Assembly (NCBI GenBank): GCA_965200315.1
Contig: OZ241362.1
Span: 1,984,001-2,048,000 of the forward strand
Source of the DNA: Candidatus Latescibacterota bacterium
Lineage (GTDB): Bacteria > Latescibacterota > UBA2968 > UBA8231
DNA length: 64,000 nt
Direction of reading: 5' to 3'
Shown one piece after another: positions 8,321 to 17,950 of the stretch. How positions within the stretch are numbered: position 1 is the first letter of the stretch; every line of letters begins with the position of its first letter. The position numbers were made by a program, and so were the translations under genes. The notes below the pieces were generated by a model. That model had not been told where the DNA came from. It searched no databases and saw only the letters and a list, made by a program, of their open reading frames with translations.

Positions 8321-10966
8321 GTGAGACGTCTAACTTTCGCACTGCTAATTTCTCCATTCGCATGGACACTGCCGCAACAGGCAAGCGCCCAACGCGCCAC
8401 CGGGTACGACAATCCCTACTACACTACGGGCACTGAAGTTTCTCCGGCGACCCTCGTGCCGTCAGTGCGCAAGTGGTATCTGCCGCAGCGGCTGTACTCC
8501 CTGTACGACTGGCGGCAAGAGCAATACTCCAACTACGCCCGCGATCACTACGAGCGCTATACCGAGGTCTTCTTGGAAGGCTCGCCGTTCTACGACGTGT
8601 ACGGCAATTACATCACGCAGGGCTGGCTGGTGTACGACTGGACTGAAGACTACCCGGAAGACAACGGCAGCATTATCACCAAAAACCCGCGCTTTCGTTC
8701 GTGGTTCAACAACCTGCTCGTATCGTCGAGTCATTCCGGGCAGTTCTACTCGTCTCTAATGGTGGGCGACGGCATCCGCACAACCCTGACCCCGCTGACG
8801 TTTTCCAAGCCGCGCTTCGACGGCATTCAGTGGGATCTTATCACCGACAAGTACGCCCTGACTATGCTGTCGTCGCGGGTCAGCAACACCGGAGAAATTT
8901 CCGCCAGCGAAGTCGGCGGTGGCGTACAGGCCAATACCTTCACCACCCTAATGGCCGCTAGGGGGCGGGTGCAGGTCGGGGATTTTGCCGCCCTCGGCGC
9001 GACCTTTGTCAATGCCGCGCATCGCAACTCCAACCTGCCGTTTGGCGACAACTCGCTCAGCGGCCTGCTCAGCGGCCCGATGAACGCGGATTTTGTCCGC
9101 TCCATTGTCGTACGCATTTCCGACGATTCGCCCGAAGACGGCGAGGGCGGTGCACTGCTGTCGCGCTGGCGCATCTTCATCGATGGCGTCGAACACACCA
9201 GCGACATCGTTCCCGTGGTTGAAGGCGGCATTCGCCGCGGCGGCGCGATTGTGGCCAGCGGCACGGATGTCATCACGCTGACCTACAACATCGAAGACTT
9301 CTCCCCGAGCACAGAAGACGCCATCGACGATTTTCGCGAGATCAAGCGCATTGAGATCGGCCTCGTGCTGGCCAACGACTACAAGGTCGAAGTAACCTCC
9401 AACAAGCAAACCAACAACCTCGGTACGCCCGTATTCCTGCCGGTGTTGCGCGCGGCCGGCAACGTCAAGGACGGCTCGAACCAGGCATTTCACCGGTTCA
9501 GCTACGGCTTGCCGACTGGGACCCGCATGTTGGGCTTTGACCTCGCCATTGCCGACCTACAGGGCTTTGACTTCAGAGGTGAGTTCGTCCGCAACTTTCA
9601 GTACCGCCGCTTTCCCAACGAGAACGTGGTCAAGGACCAGACGCTGGCCACCAACAAGGCCCAAGCCCTGTACGCGACCGCGCAGAAACGCAACTATCCC
9701 TATACGTTTTTCGCCGAGGTTTTTAGCATCGATGCGGATTATTCCACTCGCGCCTTTATGCCCAACGCCGAGGGACACGTGTACTACGACAACGAGCAGC
9801 GGCACCTGTACGAATTCGTCGATGACAACGATGATCAGGACGAGCTGCCAGACTGGACGCGGCGCACGTTCGGCAGCCGCGTCAATACTCGGCAGGGGCA
9901 GCAGTTGCTGACCGACGCCGCAGTCTTCCCGGGCATTGACGAGGACAACGACGACATCTCGGATTTCAACCGCAACTTCAACACCCAGCCCGACTACGAG
10001 GAGCCATTCCTGCGCTTTGATATAGACCCGCCGGAGTTTTTGTTCGGCATGGACATGAACAGCAACGGCGTCATCGACCGCTTTGAAGACGACGGGGAAG
10101 CCGACTATCCCTACAAGCTGGGCCGCCAGGGATTCAACACCTATGCCGCCGTGGAAATCCTGCCCCGCACGAGCGTCATGGTCGGCTATCTCGACCAGCG
10201 TCTGCTAGACACGGCCCGGGAAAACCAAGCCGCCTACCTGCTGCTGACTGCGAAAAAGGAATTCCCGGCAAAGGACTTCAGCGCGTGGCTGATTGCCAAT
10301 CCGCGCCGGGTTAAAGACGACATTCCCGACGACGTGCTGTTGTGGCGCGACCTGCCCGGCACGCGCGGCCGCTCGGTCTTTACCCGCGACCTCCTGCCCG
10401 CGCGCAACGCCTTCGTCAACACCACGTACCTCGAAGTACACTACGACCGCTACCTGCCCTTGACGGCCAAGGTCAAACACGAATTCTATCGGCAATTGGG
10501 TGCTCAGGAAGGCGAGTGGCGCAACCAGCGCTTCTTGGGCATCGTGGCCAAAGGCGAGTACTCGACCCACATTCGCGGCTGGGCCTTGGTGCCCAAGTGG
10601 AAACAGCTTTACAACAGCCGGGTGCCGGCGCAGCGCAGCGCACTCAAAATCCGCGAGCTAACGGAGATTTTCTCGCTGCAAGCCGTGCGCAGCATCAACC
10701 GCAACATGCGCTTCATCACCGGAGCCGAGTACGAGCTGTTCAACAATCTCCGCCCCAAACCAGACCCCCTGCCCTCGGGCTACCTCCTCGACGGCACGAC
10801 GTGGGTGCTCGCCGCCCAAGTCGCCAACGACTCCGCGTACTTGGGCTACGCCCTGACGACGAACGTCGGCGTACGCTGGATTCGCAACAACTTCGACGGA
10901 TCGCCGGCTTCGTCCGAGCTGCTCTCTTTCATCACGGTGTACGCCGGCTTGGGGACGGATCGCTAG
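8321..10966 (+). CDS. large secreted, putative outer-membrane beta-barrel protein with Asp-rich core
   Basis: GTG8321 gives signal peptide; alternating-hydrophobic C-terminal strands ending ITVYAGL; DDNDDQD/DMNSNG motifs; collinear paralog of 60767..63451. Confidence 0.65.
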   Translation: MRRLTFALLISPFAWTLPQQASAQRATGYDNPYYTTGTEVSPATLVPSVRKWYLPQRLYSLYDWRQEQYSNYARDHYERYTEVFLEGSPFYDVYGNYITQGWLVYDWTEDYPEDNGSIITKNPRFRSWFNNLLVSSSHSGQFYSSLMVGDGIRTTLTPLTFSKPRFDGIQWDLITDKYALTMLSSRVSNTGEISASEVGGGVQANTFTTLMAARGRVQVGDFAALGATFVNAAHRNSNLPFGDNSLSGLLSGPMNADFVRSIVVRISDDSPEDGEGGALLSRWRIFIDGVEHTSDIVPVVEGGIRRGGAIVASGTDVITLTYNIEDFSPSTEDAIDDFREIKRIEIGLVLANDYKVEVTSNKQTNNLGTPVFLPVLRAAGNVKDGSNQAFHRFSYGLPTGTRMLGFDLAIADLQGFDFRGEFVRNFQYRRFPNENVVKDQTLATNKAQALYATAQKRNYPYTFFAEVFSIDADYSTRAFMPNAEGHVYYDNEQRHLYEFVDDNDDQDELPDWTRRTFGSRVNTRQGQQLLTDAAVFPGIDEDNDDISDFNRNFNTQPDYEEPFLRFDIDPPEFLFGMDMNSNGVIDRFEDDGEADYPYKLGRQGFNTYAAVEILPRTSVMVGYLDQRLLDTARENQAAYLLLTAKKEFPAKDFSAWLIANPRRVKDDIPDDVLLWRDLPGTRGRSVFTRDLLPARNAFVNTTYLEVHYDRYLPLTAKVKHEFYRQLGAQEGEWRNQRFLGIVAKGEYSTHIRGWALVPKWKQLYNSRVPAQRSALKIRELTEIFSLQAVRSINRNMRFITGAEYELFNNLRPKPDPLPSGYLLDGTTWVLAAQVANDSAYLGYALTTNVGVRWIRNNFDGSPASSELLSFITVYAGLGTDR

Positions 10967-10968
10967 CG

Positions 10969-12327
10969 CTACTGAAACGCTTTCTCCAACGCCTCTGGGA
11001 ACACGTGGATTTGGATCGCATGCGCCTCGCGCAGCTCGGCCAATAGCGCATCCATAGCCTCGGTTTCGGCCCGTTGCCGCAGGGCCGTGCGAATGCTCTC
11101 GCGCACAAAAGCAAAATCCACTACCCGGCCATCGGTGCGAGTAAACTGATCGAGGTGCTGGTCGTAAAAGGCCCGCACCGCATCGTCGGCGATCTCTCCG
11201 ACCCGCTCGGCTTCAGCTTGGTAGAGCCGCTTGATCAACAGGGCATCTCGCTCCTTTTCGATGCTGGCGCGGATATCCGCATCGTCGGCGATCCCCAGCT
11301 TGCGAGCTTCCGCCACCATGATCTGCTTGCCAGCGAGATTATCTACGGCCTTGTACAGGCGCACACTGTCGAGCTCGGCTGGATGCGGTGCGCGGCCCTG
11401 CTCAACTAAGGCGAGGTACTCCCGTGCTATGAGCTGGCCGCCGCGCCACGTGAGCAGCGGCGCATCCCCTTCGTCCCATTGCGTCGATTGCGGCGGAAGG
11501 GCGAGTAACGCGGCAAAAACCTCCGCGTCCAGCGCCAACTGATACCGCTCGCGCAGGGTGCCGACGTAGCACTCCATATCGTCGGCCCGACTCTGCACGA
11601 GGGCCTGTTTCTCCACCCACTCGCGGGCCCCAGCAAAATCGACGGGGCGTCGTTCCCCAAGCCTGAAGACATGGTAGCCGCTCAAGGTCTGCACCGGGTC
11701 GGGATACACGCTGCCGACGGGCATAGTGCTGAGCGGCACCTTCAGCCCCTCGTACACCTCGCCGATCTTGAACCAGCCGACCCAACCGCCGGGGCCAAAG
11801 CGCTGCTGGATGTTCTGGACAGAATAGGGCCGGATTAGCGACTCAAAAGGCGTCCCTTCCTCAAGCAGCTCAAGGACGAGACGAGCCTCTTCTGAGGTGG
11901 CGCAGACGATGTGCTGGCTGAGCACTTCTATGTCGTATTGCTGTTGGGCAAAAAACGCCCGCAGGTCCGCGTCTGAAAACGAATACGACGCCTGCACGGC
12001 CTCCTGCTCGTAGAGCTTGTTCATCAGCGCCCTGCGCTCGCTCTTGGCCACGGCCTGGGCGATAGCCGGATCGCGGTCGTACCCGCGCCGGAGGCCCTCG
12101 GCGATGAGCAATTCCCGCGCAATGACGCCGTCGAGCAGTTCCTGCTTGCCCTGCTCATCTAGCTCCTCAACGTGGCCGTAGCCGGTCTGCCGCAGCTTGT
12201 GCGCTATGGCCGCGAACTGCTCAACGGAAATGGCCTTGTCGCCGATGCGCAGAACCGTTTCTTCCACGCACCAAGCCGCGCCACACAGGACGAGGAGCGC
12301 GAAGGTGCTAACTAGCGAGTATTGCAC
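10969..12327 (-). CDS. PpiC/parvulin-type peptidyl-prolyl isomerase (SurA/PrsA-like foldase)
   Basis: signal peptide; 'QHIVCATSEEA', 'GGWVGWF', 'PVQTLSGYHVFRL' parvulin motifs. Confidence 0.8.
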   Translation of the reverse strand: MQYSLVSTFALLVLCGAAWCVEETVLRIGDKAISVEQFAAIAHKLRQTGYGHVEELDEQGKQELLDGVIARELLIAEGLRRGYDRDPAIAQAVAKSERRALMNKLYEQEAVQASYSFSDADLRAFFAQQQYDIEVLSQHIVCATSEEARLVLELLEEGTPFESLIRPYSVQNIQQRFGPGGWVGWFKIGEVYEGLKVPLSTMPVGSVYPDPVQTLSGYHVFRLGERRPVDFAGAREWVEKQALVQSRADDMECYVGTLRERYQLALDAEVFAALLALPPQSTQWDEGDAPLLTWRGGQLIAREYLALVEQGRAPHPAELDSVRLYKAVDNLAGKQIMVAEARKLGIADDADIRASIEKERDALLIKRLYQAEAERVGEIADDAVRAFYDQHLDQFTRTDGRVVDFAFVRESIRTALRQRAETEAMDALLAELREAHAIQIHVFPEALEKAFQ

Positions 12328-12383
12328 TTTGACCTAACTACATGACACCAATAATCGGGTAGTTGCTTGGGCACACTCTCGCG

Positions 12384-12815
12384 TTAAGCGGCATATACTT
12401 CCAATACTAGGCGTTTGCCCAGTGCTTCTAGCGCGGTCTCGACCTGATCGATGTGTGAGCGATGGTCCAGATCGAGGAGTCGTCGTACCGTCGTTGCAAC
12501 AGCACCAAGACGTTCCGCTAATTCGCGAATGTCAATGCCCTGCTCACACATCGCCTCGTAGAGCGCGAGCTTGGCGGCGATGAGCGCCGGCAGTTCAACA
12601 ACGGGGCCATTACCTGCCGATGATTTCGGAATGCGCCGCCCGTCGTTTACGTACCCACCAAGTGCTGCGATAAGGCAGTCCGTTGCTTCCGCCAGCGCTT
12701 CGCGTTCCGTATTGCCCTCGGTCAATGCTTCTGGAATGTCGGGAAACGACACCAGCACGGTATCGGGCATAATCTGTAGTTTCACCGGATAGGCCAGTCG
12801 TCTCAATTGCACCAT
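12384..12815 (-). CDS. hicB: HicB family antitoxin
   Basis: VSFPDIPEALTEGNTEREALAEA and C-terminal HTH; RBS GGAGGT before ATG12815. Confidence 0.85.
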   Translation of the reverse strand: MVQLRRLAYPVKLQIMPDTVLVSFPDIPEALTEGNTEREALAEATDCLIAALGGYVNDGRRIPKSSAGNGPVVELPALIAAKLALYEAMCEQGIDIRELAERLGAVATTVRRLLDLDHRSHIDQVETALEALGKRLVLEVYAA

Positions 12816-12839
12816 AAAACACCTCCGTTTCCAGTACAC

Positions 12840-13052
12840 CTAGATGTCCTTTGCGGACAATCCGAGTTGTCGGAGCATAGTAGCGAGTAAACTCCGACTG
12901 ATCTCTTTCTTTCGATCTTTCACCGTCGTGAACCGCTTGCCGTAATAGAGGCGACCATGGCTACCTTTGCCCTGTCGCGAGCGAAAATAAACCTCCACTC
13001 CGCGAGTTCGCCCAACCGCTCGCACACGACGGATGAATTCCGCACCTGTCAT
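12840..13052 (-). CDS. hicA: HicA family toxin
   Basis: 70 aa, basic, GKGSH motif, directly upstream of hicB. Confidence 0.85.
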   Translation of the reverse strand: MTGAEFIRRVRAVGRTRGVEVYFRSRQGKGSHGRLYYGKRFTTVKDRKKEISRSLLATMLRQLGLSAKDI

Positions 13053-13124
13053 TTGAGACTATTCCACTTCTCAGGCCCAAATTATCGCCCAATAGCACTC
13101 TATCGTCAAAACACCCCAACCTCC

Positions 13125-14762
13125 TCAACGATTCTCTCGAATCATAATACTCTGATCGGCCTCCACCCCTACCAGCGTCTGCACCGCGCCGCTGGGCCAG
13201 CGAACTTCGAGCGTATCGACCTGCGTGCGGTCGCCCAAGCCGAGCGTCAGGCGCACGTCGTTAGAACCCATATACCCGTAGCTGCGGCGGATCTCCCGCG
13301 TCTGTACCAAGTCGCCGGCCACGGCGCGGACGCGCGCGCCCAGGCCGTCCCGATTGCTCGCGGTTCCAACCGCCTCAACCGTCAGATAGTGATTGGCGTT
13401 GCCGCCGTCGTTGCGCAGCAGGGTGCAGTGCGGAGCGGCTGAGTCCGAGACGAATATGTCCACGTCCCCGTCGTTGTCGCAGTCGCCGAACACGGCACCG
13501 TGGCTGACGCGCTCAACCAACATCCCCGGCCCACTGCGCGCGGTCACCTCGGCGAACGAACCGTCGCCCCGGTTGCGGAAGAGTTGGTTGCGCTGCGGGT
13601 AGGTGGTGGCCGGGTCGTATTCTTCCACGTTCTCGTCGAGGTGGCCATTGCTGACGAACACGTCGAGGAACCCGTCGTTGTCGTAGTCGAGAAAGGCGGA
13701 CGTCATGCCGAGATACGGTACGCTGGACACGCCTAAGTTGGCCGCAAACGTAACATCCGTGAAGAACCCATCGCCGTCGTTGTGGTAGAGCGTGTTGGGC
13801 AGCCACTGGAAGGTCGCCACAATAATGTCGAGCAAGCCGTCGTTGTCGTAGTCGCCCCAATCGGCCCCCATAGCCGACTCGGCCAACCCTTCCTCGTTGT
13901 ACGCCACCCCGGCCTCAGCGCCGTTTTCGCTAAACGTTCCATCGCCGTTGTTGACGAAGAGAAAGTTGGGTCGCTTGTCGTTGGCGACGAACAAATCGGC
14001 GTCCCCGTCGTTGTCAAAATCGCCGAACACCGCGGCGAGTTGCCGCCCGGAATCGTCGGAGAGTCCGGCTTCTGCGGTCGCGTCGGCAAAGCGGCTGTCC
14101 CCGTCGTTGCGGTAGAGCACACCAGCCTGTCCGGGGTACGTATTGGGACCGCAGTAAATGCGCACCGTGCCGGCAAAGCACTCCTCGTTTTGATCTGGGT
14201 CGAACTCCATGTAATTGGCCGCGTATAGATCCAAGTCACCATCGCGGTCGTAATCGACAAAAGCCGCGTGCGTACCCCACCCTACATCTCCGACCGCGGC
14301 CGCAACCGTGACGTCCGCGAAAACGCCGCTATCTTCGTTCCGGTACAACACATTCGGCCCGTAGTTGGTCACGTACAAATCCGCATCGCCGTCGTTGTCG
14401 TAGTCGCCGACAGCCGCGCCCATACCAAAGCCGGTGTCGCCCGTGCCAGCCGCGACCGTGACGTCGGCAAAGGTTCCGTCTCGTTGGTTGCGGTAGTGTG
14501 CGTTGGGGCTACTCGGGCCGCGATAACCGGGCATGGGCGCGCCATTGACAATGTACAGGTCGAGCCACCCGTCGCCGTCGCCATCGAAAAAGGCCGCGCC
14601 TGAGCCGACGGCTTCCACCATGTACTTGTGGCCGCTGGCCCCATTGACATAGCGAAAATCTAGGCCCGCTTCCTCGGTGATCTCCACAAATTGCGGAGCT
14701 GGCTCGGCAGTCGCGCAGGCGGCGAATACAACGCTAACCCACAACAAGGTCCACAGCATCAT
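13125..14762 (-). CDS. CRTAC1 family protein (FG-GAP repeats + ASPIC/UnbV domain)
   Basis: repeated GDYDNDGDxDLYV motifs; C-terminal SNRDGLGARV...GLG...VRWPSG. Confidence 0.9.
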   Translation of the reverse strand: MMLWTLLWVSVVFAACATAEPAPQFVEITEEAGLDFRYVNGASGHKYMVEAVGSGAAFFDGDGDGWLDLYIVNGAPMPGYRGPSSPNAHYRNQRDGTFADVTVAAGTGDTGFGMGAAVGDYDNDGDADLYVTNYGPNVLYRNEDSGVFADVTVAAAVGDVGWGTHAAFVDYDRDGDLDLYAANYMEFDPDQNEECFAGTVRIYCGPNTYPGQAGVLYRNDGDSRFADATAEAGLSDDSGRQLAAVFGDFDNDGDADLFVANDKRPNFLFVNNGDGTFSENGAEAGVAYNEEGLAESAMGADWGDYDNDGLLDIIVATFQWLPNTLYHNDGDGFFTDVTFAANLGVSSVPYLGMTSAFLDYDNDGFLDVFVSNGHLDENVEEYDPATTYPQRNQLFRNRGDGSFAEVTARSGPGMLVERVSHGAVFGDCDNDGDVDIFVSDSAAPHCTLLRNDGGNANHYLTVEAVGTASNRDGLGARVRAVAGDLVQTREIRRSYGYMGSNDVRLTLGLGDRTQVDTLEVRWPSGAVQTLVGVEADQSIMIRENR

Positions 14763-15991
14763 TGACCAACCTGCGCGGCGATTTGCTCGGCAGCCGCGAG
14801 GTTGCGGCGGAGCTTGGGATGGTCGGGCTGGTAGTGCAAGCCGCGGCGGAAGGAGGCGATGGCGCGCTCGTACTGCTTGCGCAGCATCTGCACATTGCCC
14901 AATCCCAAGTGCGCAAGGGCATACGTGGAATCGGCCTGCAATGCACGGCGAAACCGCTGCTCGGCCGCGGCCATTTCCCCTCGGCGGAAGTGGATGTTGC
15001 CGAGGTTGTGGTGCGCGGGCGCGAACGCCGGGTCGCGGTCGAGGGCTTGGAGGTAGCGGATGCGCGCTTCTTGGTATTGGCCGCGCTGCCCGTACACAAC
15101 GGCCAAGTCGTGGTATGCGCCAGCGTCGTCTCGGTGCGTCGTCAAGGTGTTTTTCAGTATGGCGATCCGCTCTTCCTCCTCGTCGAGCCGCTTGTACAGC
15201 GCGAGCTGGCGTCGCCCTTCTTCCTTCTGACCGGAGCGCAGCAAGGCGTTGCCGAGGTTGAAGCGGGCTTGGGCAAACAGCGAATCCAGCCGCACAGCGC
15301 GGCGAAATTCTGCCACAGCCGCCGCGTAGTCGCGCCGGAGATAATAGCTGCGCCCCAAGCCACTGCGGAATTGGGCCGAGGTCGCGTCCGCGGCTACGGC
15401 GCGGCTAAAGGCTTGCTCAGCGGCCGCATAGTCGTTTTGCTTGATATGGGCTTCGCCGAGGTTGAACCACGCCTCCCCGTAGCTAGGTACGGCGGCAATG
15501 GCGCGCTGATAGGCGGCAATCGCGGCTGGATAGCGCCCCTCGCGGGCGTGCAGCAACCCCAGCACCATCTGCGCTTGGGCACGGTCCGGCTGCTCCTGCA
15601 CCGTCTGTTCGAGCAGGGCCAAGGCATCGTCGTAGCGGTCGAGGCGCGTAAACAGGATCGCCAACTCGGTCCGCGTCTTGGCGTGGCTCGGCGCTAGGGC
15701 AATAGCCTGCTCATACGTGCGGACGGCCGCGGGCAGGGCTTCGTTTTTCGCATGGGCTTCGGCCAACTTGCGGTAGAGCGCCGGCGATTTTGCGTTCTGA
15801 TCAACGGCGCGCTGGTAGTGGTCGGCGGCTTCTCCGTAGCGACCGGCGCGCATCGAGCGGTCGCCCTGTACTTCGTGCGCTGGTTCGGGTGTTTCCGCAT
15901 AGCCGGGAATCGCCAGTAGGAGCACAGCTAATGGGCCTATCCACCGCCTTAGGCGTCTATTGAGAAGCAGAGAGGGTCTGTACCAAGACAT
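14759..15991 (-). CDS. tetratricopeptide repeat protein (start uncertain)
   Basis: many TPR repeats (AWFNLG, ARFNLG, AHHNLG); 4-bp overlap with the CRTAC1 gene. Confidence 0.85.
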   Translation of the reverse strand: MSWYRPSLLLNRRLRRWIGPLAVLLLAIPGYAETPEPAHEVQGDRSMRAGRYGEAADHYQRAVDQNAKSPALYRKLAEAHAKNEALPAAVRTYEQAIALAPSHAKTRTELAILFTRLDRYDDALALLEQTVQEQPDRAQAQMVLGLLHAREGRYPAAIAAYQRAIAAVPSYGEAWFNLGEAHIKQNDYAAAEQAFSRAVAADATSAQFRSGLGRSYYLRRDYAAAVAEFRRAVRLDSLFAQARFNLGNALLRSGQKEEGRRQLALYKRLDEEEERIAILKNTLTTHRDDAGAYHDLAVVYGQRGQYQEARIRYLQALDRDPAFAPAHHNLGNIHFRRGEMAAAEQRFRRALQADSTYALAHLGLGNVQMLRKQYERAIASFRRGLHYQPDHPKLRRNLAAAEQIAAQVGQ

Positions 15992-16141
15992 CTCAGTACA
16001 CGACACTACGGTCTTAGCTCGGAGGGTGGGCCAAAAGACTGCGGAAAAAACGCGGACGCAGAGCAGGGGTCGTGTACGTAGCCAAGACATATAAAAAGTA
16101 TAGACCTCGCTAGTACTACCGACAAACGCATAGGACAATCC

Positions 16142-17434
16142 ATGGAACGCAGAGCATTCTTCAAGGGAATCGCCGCAGCCGCGGCCGCAGCCCCGCTCCT
16201 TCCCGACGTGGCCGAAGGACTTGCCGAACGGCTCGGCACCCTCAGTCGCGCCGTGGCGGCCGCTAGCAGCGAGCGCACCCTGTGGCAGCGGGTGCGGCGC
16301 GAGTTTCGCCTACACCCCGGCCTAGTGCATCTCAACTGCGGCAGCATCGGCGCGACGCCCCGCGTGGTGACCGACGCCCTGATCTCGTATCTCGCCGAAC
16401 TGGAGGGCAATCCGCTGGCCAATACCTGGGGCGGCCTCGGCAACGAGATGGAAACGGTGCGGGCCAAAGGGGCCGAGTTCATTGGGGCCGAGTTGGACGA
16501 AATTGCGCTGACGCGCAATACGACCGAAGGCATGAACCACGTAGCCAGCGGCCTCGACCTCCAGCCGGGCGACGAAGTGCTGACGACCAATCACGAGCAC
16601 GGCGGCGGCATGGTCTGCTGGCAGCACTTGGCGCGCACTCGCGGCGTGGTGGTTCGCTGCATCAAAATGCCTAATCCCGTGCGCGATGCCGCCCAGCTCC
16701 TGCAATTAGTGGAAGATCACCTGACGCCGCGCACCCGCGTGTGCAGCTTCTGTCACATCGACACCATCACCGGGCTGCAAATGCCACTAACGGCCATCGC
16801 CGCCCTCGCCCGCCCCCGCGACATCCTGCTGGTCTGCGACGGCGCGCAGGCCCCGGGCATGATCGACGTCGACGTCAAAGCACTTGGCGTAGATACCTAT
16901 GCCTCCAGCAGCCACAAGTGGATGCTCGCGCCCAAGGGCACGGGTTTGCTCTACATCCGCAGGGAAGTGCAAGATCGCGTACGGCCCGTGTTCACGTATT
17001 CCGGGTACAGTGCCTATTCCGCCTCGTCTGGCACCCGCAACGTGCCGCAAATCGTCGCGCACGGGGTAGCGATGGAATTCCACAACACCATCGGCCGCCC
17101 GCGCATTGAAGCGCGCTGCCGCCAGCTCAGCGCCTACGCGCGCCAGCGTCTCACGGAAATCCCCCAACTCACACCAATCACCCCACCCCAGCGCGAGCTG
17201 TCCGCGGGCATCGTCAGCTTCGCACTCACCAGCGGCCGCCACAGCGAAGTCGTCTCTGCGCTACAAAAGCGCGACATTTTCCTCAAACCAGCGCAGGGCA
17301 CGTACGCCTATGTGGAAGACGCTGGCGTACCGAAGGAAAACTACAACGCCATCCGCATCTCCACGCACATCTTCAACGACGAGACCGACATCGACCGCGC
17401 CGTCGCGGCGTTGCAGATGGCGATAGCCCGCTAG
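16142..17434 (+). CDS. Tat-exported class V PLP-dependent enzyme (isopenicillin N epimerase/cysteine desulfurase-like)
   Basis: Tat motif ERRAFFK; NTTEG, DGAQ, SSHKW (PLP lysine), RISTH. Confidence 0.85.
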   Translation: MERRAFFKGIAAAAAAAPLLPDVAEGLAERLGTLSRAVAAASSERTLWQRVRREFRLHPGLVHLNCGSIGATPRVVTDALISYLAELEGNPLANTWGGLGNEMETVRAKGAEFIGAELDEIALTRNTTEGMNHVASGLDLQPGDEVLTTNHEHGGGMVCWQHLARTRGVVVRCIKMPNPVRDAAQLLQLVEDHLTPRTRVCSFCHIDTITGLQMPLTAIAALARPRDILLVCDGAQAPGMIDVDVKALGVDTYASSSHKWMLAPKGTGLLYIRREVQDRVRPVFTYSGYSAYSASSGTRNVPQIVAHGVAMEFHNTIGRPRIEARCRQLSAYARQRLTEIPQLTPITPPQRELSAGIVSFALTSGRHSEVVSALQKRDIFLKPAQGTYAYVEDAGVPKENYNAIRISTHIFNDETDIDRAVAALQMAIAR

Positions 17435-17529
17435 CAATACGAAACAAATCCGTTAAAACCGACGACGCGCCGATTCGTCCCTACGTTGGTGTGTGGTATA
17501 GCCATCCGACACGCCGGGCGCGGCGCGCA

Positions 17530-17657
17530 GGAGCACACCCGGTTCAGTCGAGCCCCCGGGATCGAAGGCATCCAGCCCTCGAAATACGCCACACCTCTAA
17601 GCGACCCGCCCCGAAAAGCCGCCCGACGGGCGCGGTAAAAGTGTTTCTGATGGCCCC
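17530..17657 (-). ncRNA. candidate structured RNA of unknown family
   Basis: four predicted stems on the minus strand, several containing G-U pairs (see findings). Confidence 0.3.
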
Positions 17658-17822
17658 TATAGCCATCCTACCTGACTTGCGCCGCTGGCAGCGTTGTGCT
17701 CTCATCGACTTGGTGCCGCCGGTGCTTGGTGGTCCATGCCTACGTCCTTGGGGGGCCGGCCGCTGGCCTGCGGGCGAGACGCCCGCGCACCCGCATCTCA
17801 CGAATGAGGTAGGATTGCTATA
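17658..17822. mobile_element. MITE with TATAGC...GCTATA ends (copy 1)
   Basis: TIRs TATAGCCATCCTACCT / AGGTAGGATTGCTATA (15/16 match); interior homologous to 49027-49203. Confidence 0.75.
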
Positions 17823-17950
17823 TCCTGTGTGGCAATTTGTGTGAAGATCCGCACTACATTCCCTTTTACTAGTAAGCGAAAATGGACAGCCGTCTAAAAA
17901 TTCCTAGCGAGCCAACGCGGCAAGCACCGGGGATTTTCGGCTGCTGCGCC

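Noticed and set aside
15992-16138. extended TPR N-terminus
   Set aside because: Occupies the region needed for divergent promoters and has atypical composition; likely non-coding.
17530-17657. tRNA or tmRNA
   Set aside because: No GTTCRA T-loop, anticodon arm or CCA end in proper geometry.
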